A stretch of 64,000 nucleotides of DNA, from the NCBI GenBank assembly GCA_030390025.1, contig CM059427.1, positions 170,934,001 to 170,998,000 on the forward strand. Direction: 5' to 3'. Source of the stretch: Squalus acanthias. Lineage: Eukaryota. The notes under the pieces were generated by a model. It was not told the DNA's origin, made no database searches, and saw only the letters and a program-made list of their open reading frames with translations. The translations under genes were made by a program, and so were the position numbers. Positions within the stretch are counted from its first letter, which is position 1; each line of letters opens with the position of its first letter. This document shows, piece after piece, positions 63,566 to 64,000 of this stretch.

Positions 63566-64000
63566 GGGCCCGATATTTACTGGGGCGGGTTTCCTTGCAT
63601 GCTGTGTAGTTTTAACTCAACAGCGTGCGTTTTTTTGTTTTTCAACCGGATCCCTGCCCTGCCTGTTGGGTGGGTCCGCAGGAGTAAGTAAGGAAACGGA
63701 TATTGGGGGTGGGGGGGATCTGATGGCAGGGGAAGCAGGTAAGCTTGGGGGACTGGGAGGAAGCACTCCTGCTCCTTCTGGCCCACAAGCAGTGCTGTAC
63801 GGGCACTTACCTTTTCCCCGACGCTGTATTCACTTCCCTTGAGTTGCTGGGTTTCTTGAGGCCTGGGAAACCCAGCTGGCCAGGGTTAAATCTGTAAGAC
63901 AGGTTAAATGTGAGGCTCCCAGCCTCATTATAATATTTAAATGGACAACCCATCTCCTGGAAGCGGGTTAGCTACCCGCCCCTGTCCTGCCTCCGTTAAA
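63566..64000. mobile_element. Harbinger-like MITE running off the window end
   Basis: Starts gggcccgatatttactggggcggg; window ends ...cctgcctccgttaaa, consistent with the start of the matching TIR. Confidence 0.6.

Noticed and set aside
25122-64000. Upstream constitutive RAPGEF6 exon (RRRFRKIN...GERQTI) or a nested gene
   Set aside because: Not found by eye; it probably lies beyond the window. Small exons could have been missed
1-64000. CRISPR array, operon or prokaryotic defence/retron system
   Set aside because: Spliced vertebrate gene with vertebrate retroelements; no repeat-spacer array, and all RT-like ORFs are decayed CR1/L2

Overview
Eukaryotic, repeat-rich vertebrate DNA, most likely a shark or other cartilaginous fish (inferred from Deu-domain SacSINE1-like SINEs, HER1-like CR1 LINEs and L2/Penelope ends). 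The window is the interior of one minus-strand gene, RAPGEF6 (PDZ-GEF2; paralogue RAPGEF2). Five phase-consistent GT-AG coding exons (24990-25121, 11676-11856, 5484-5620, 3558-3716, 1236-1388) encode the Ser-rich/acidic linker and the cyclic-nucleotide-binding-homology domain. The rest is intron: CR1 and L2 fragments, SINEs, hAT and Harbinger-like MITEs, microsatellites and a 500-N gap. Nearly all ORF-track entries are spurious or transposon debris. I found no prokaryote-type system and nothing I can call a demonstrated new biological system. The best leads are: a candidate internal promoter and alternative first exon (MSIQFLRPNS); a candidate terminal exon encoding a hydrophobic tail followed by AATAAA; a ~6.6-kb intronic inversion revealed by a split L2; inverted CR1s bracketing a symmetric exon; and several template-switch hairpins. 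Repeat-family names and paralogue comparisons come from my recall of consensus sequences, not from a search. Repeat boundaries are approximate.
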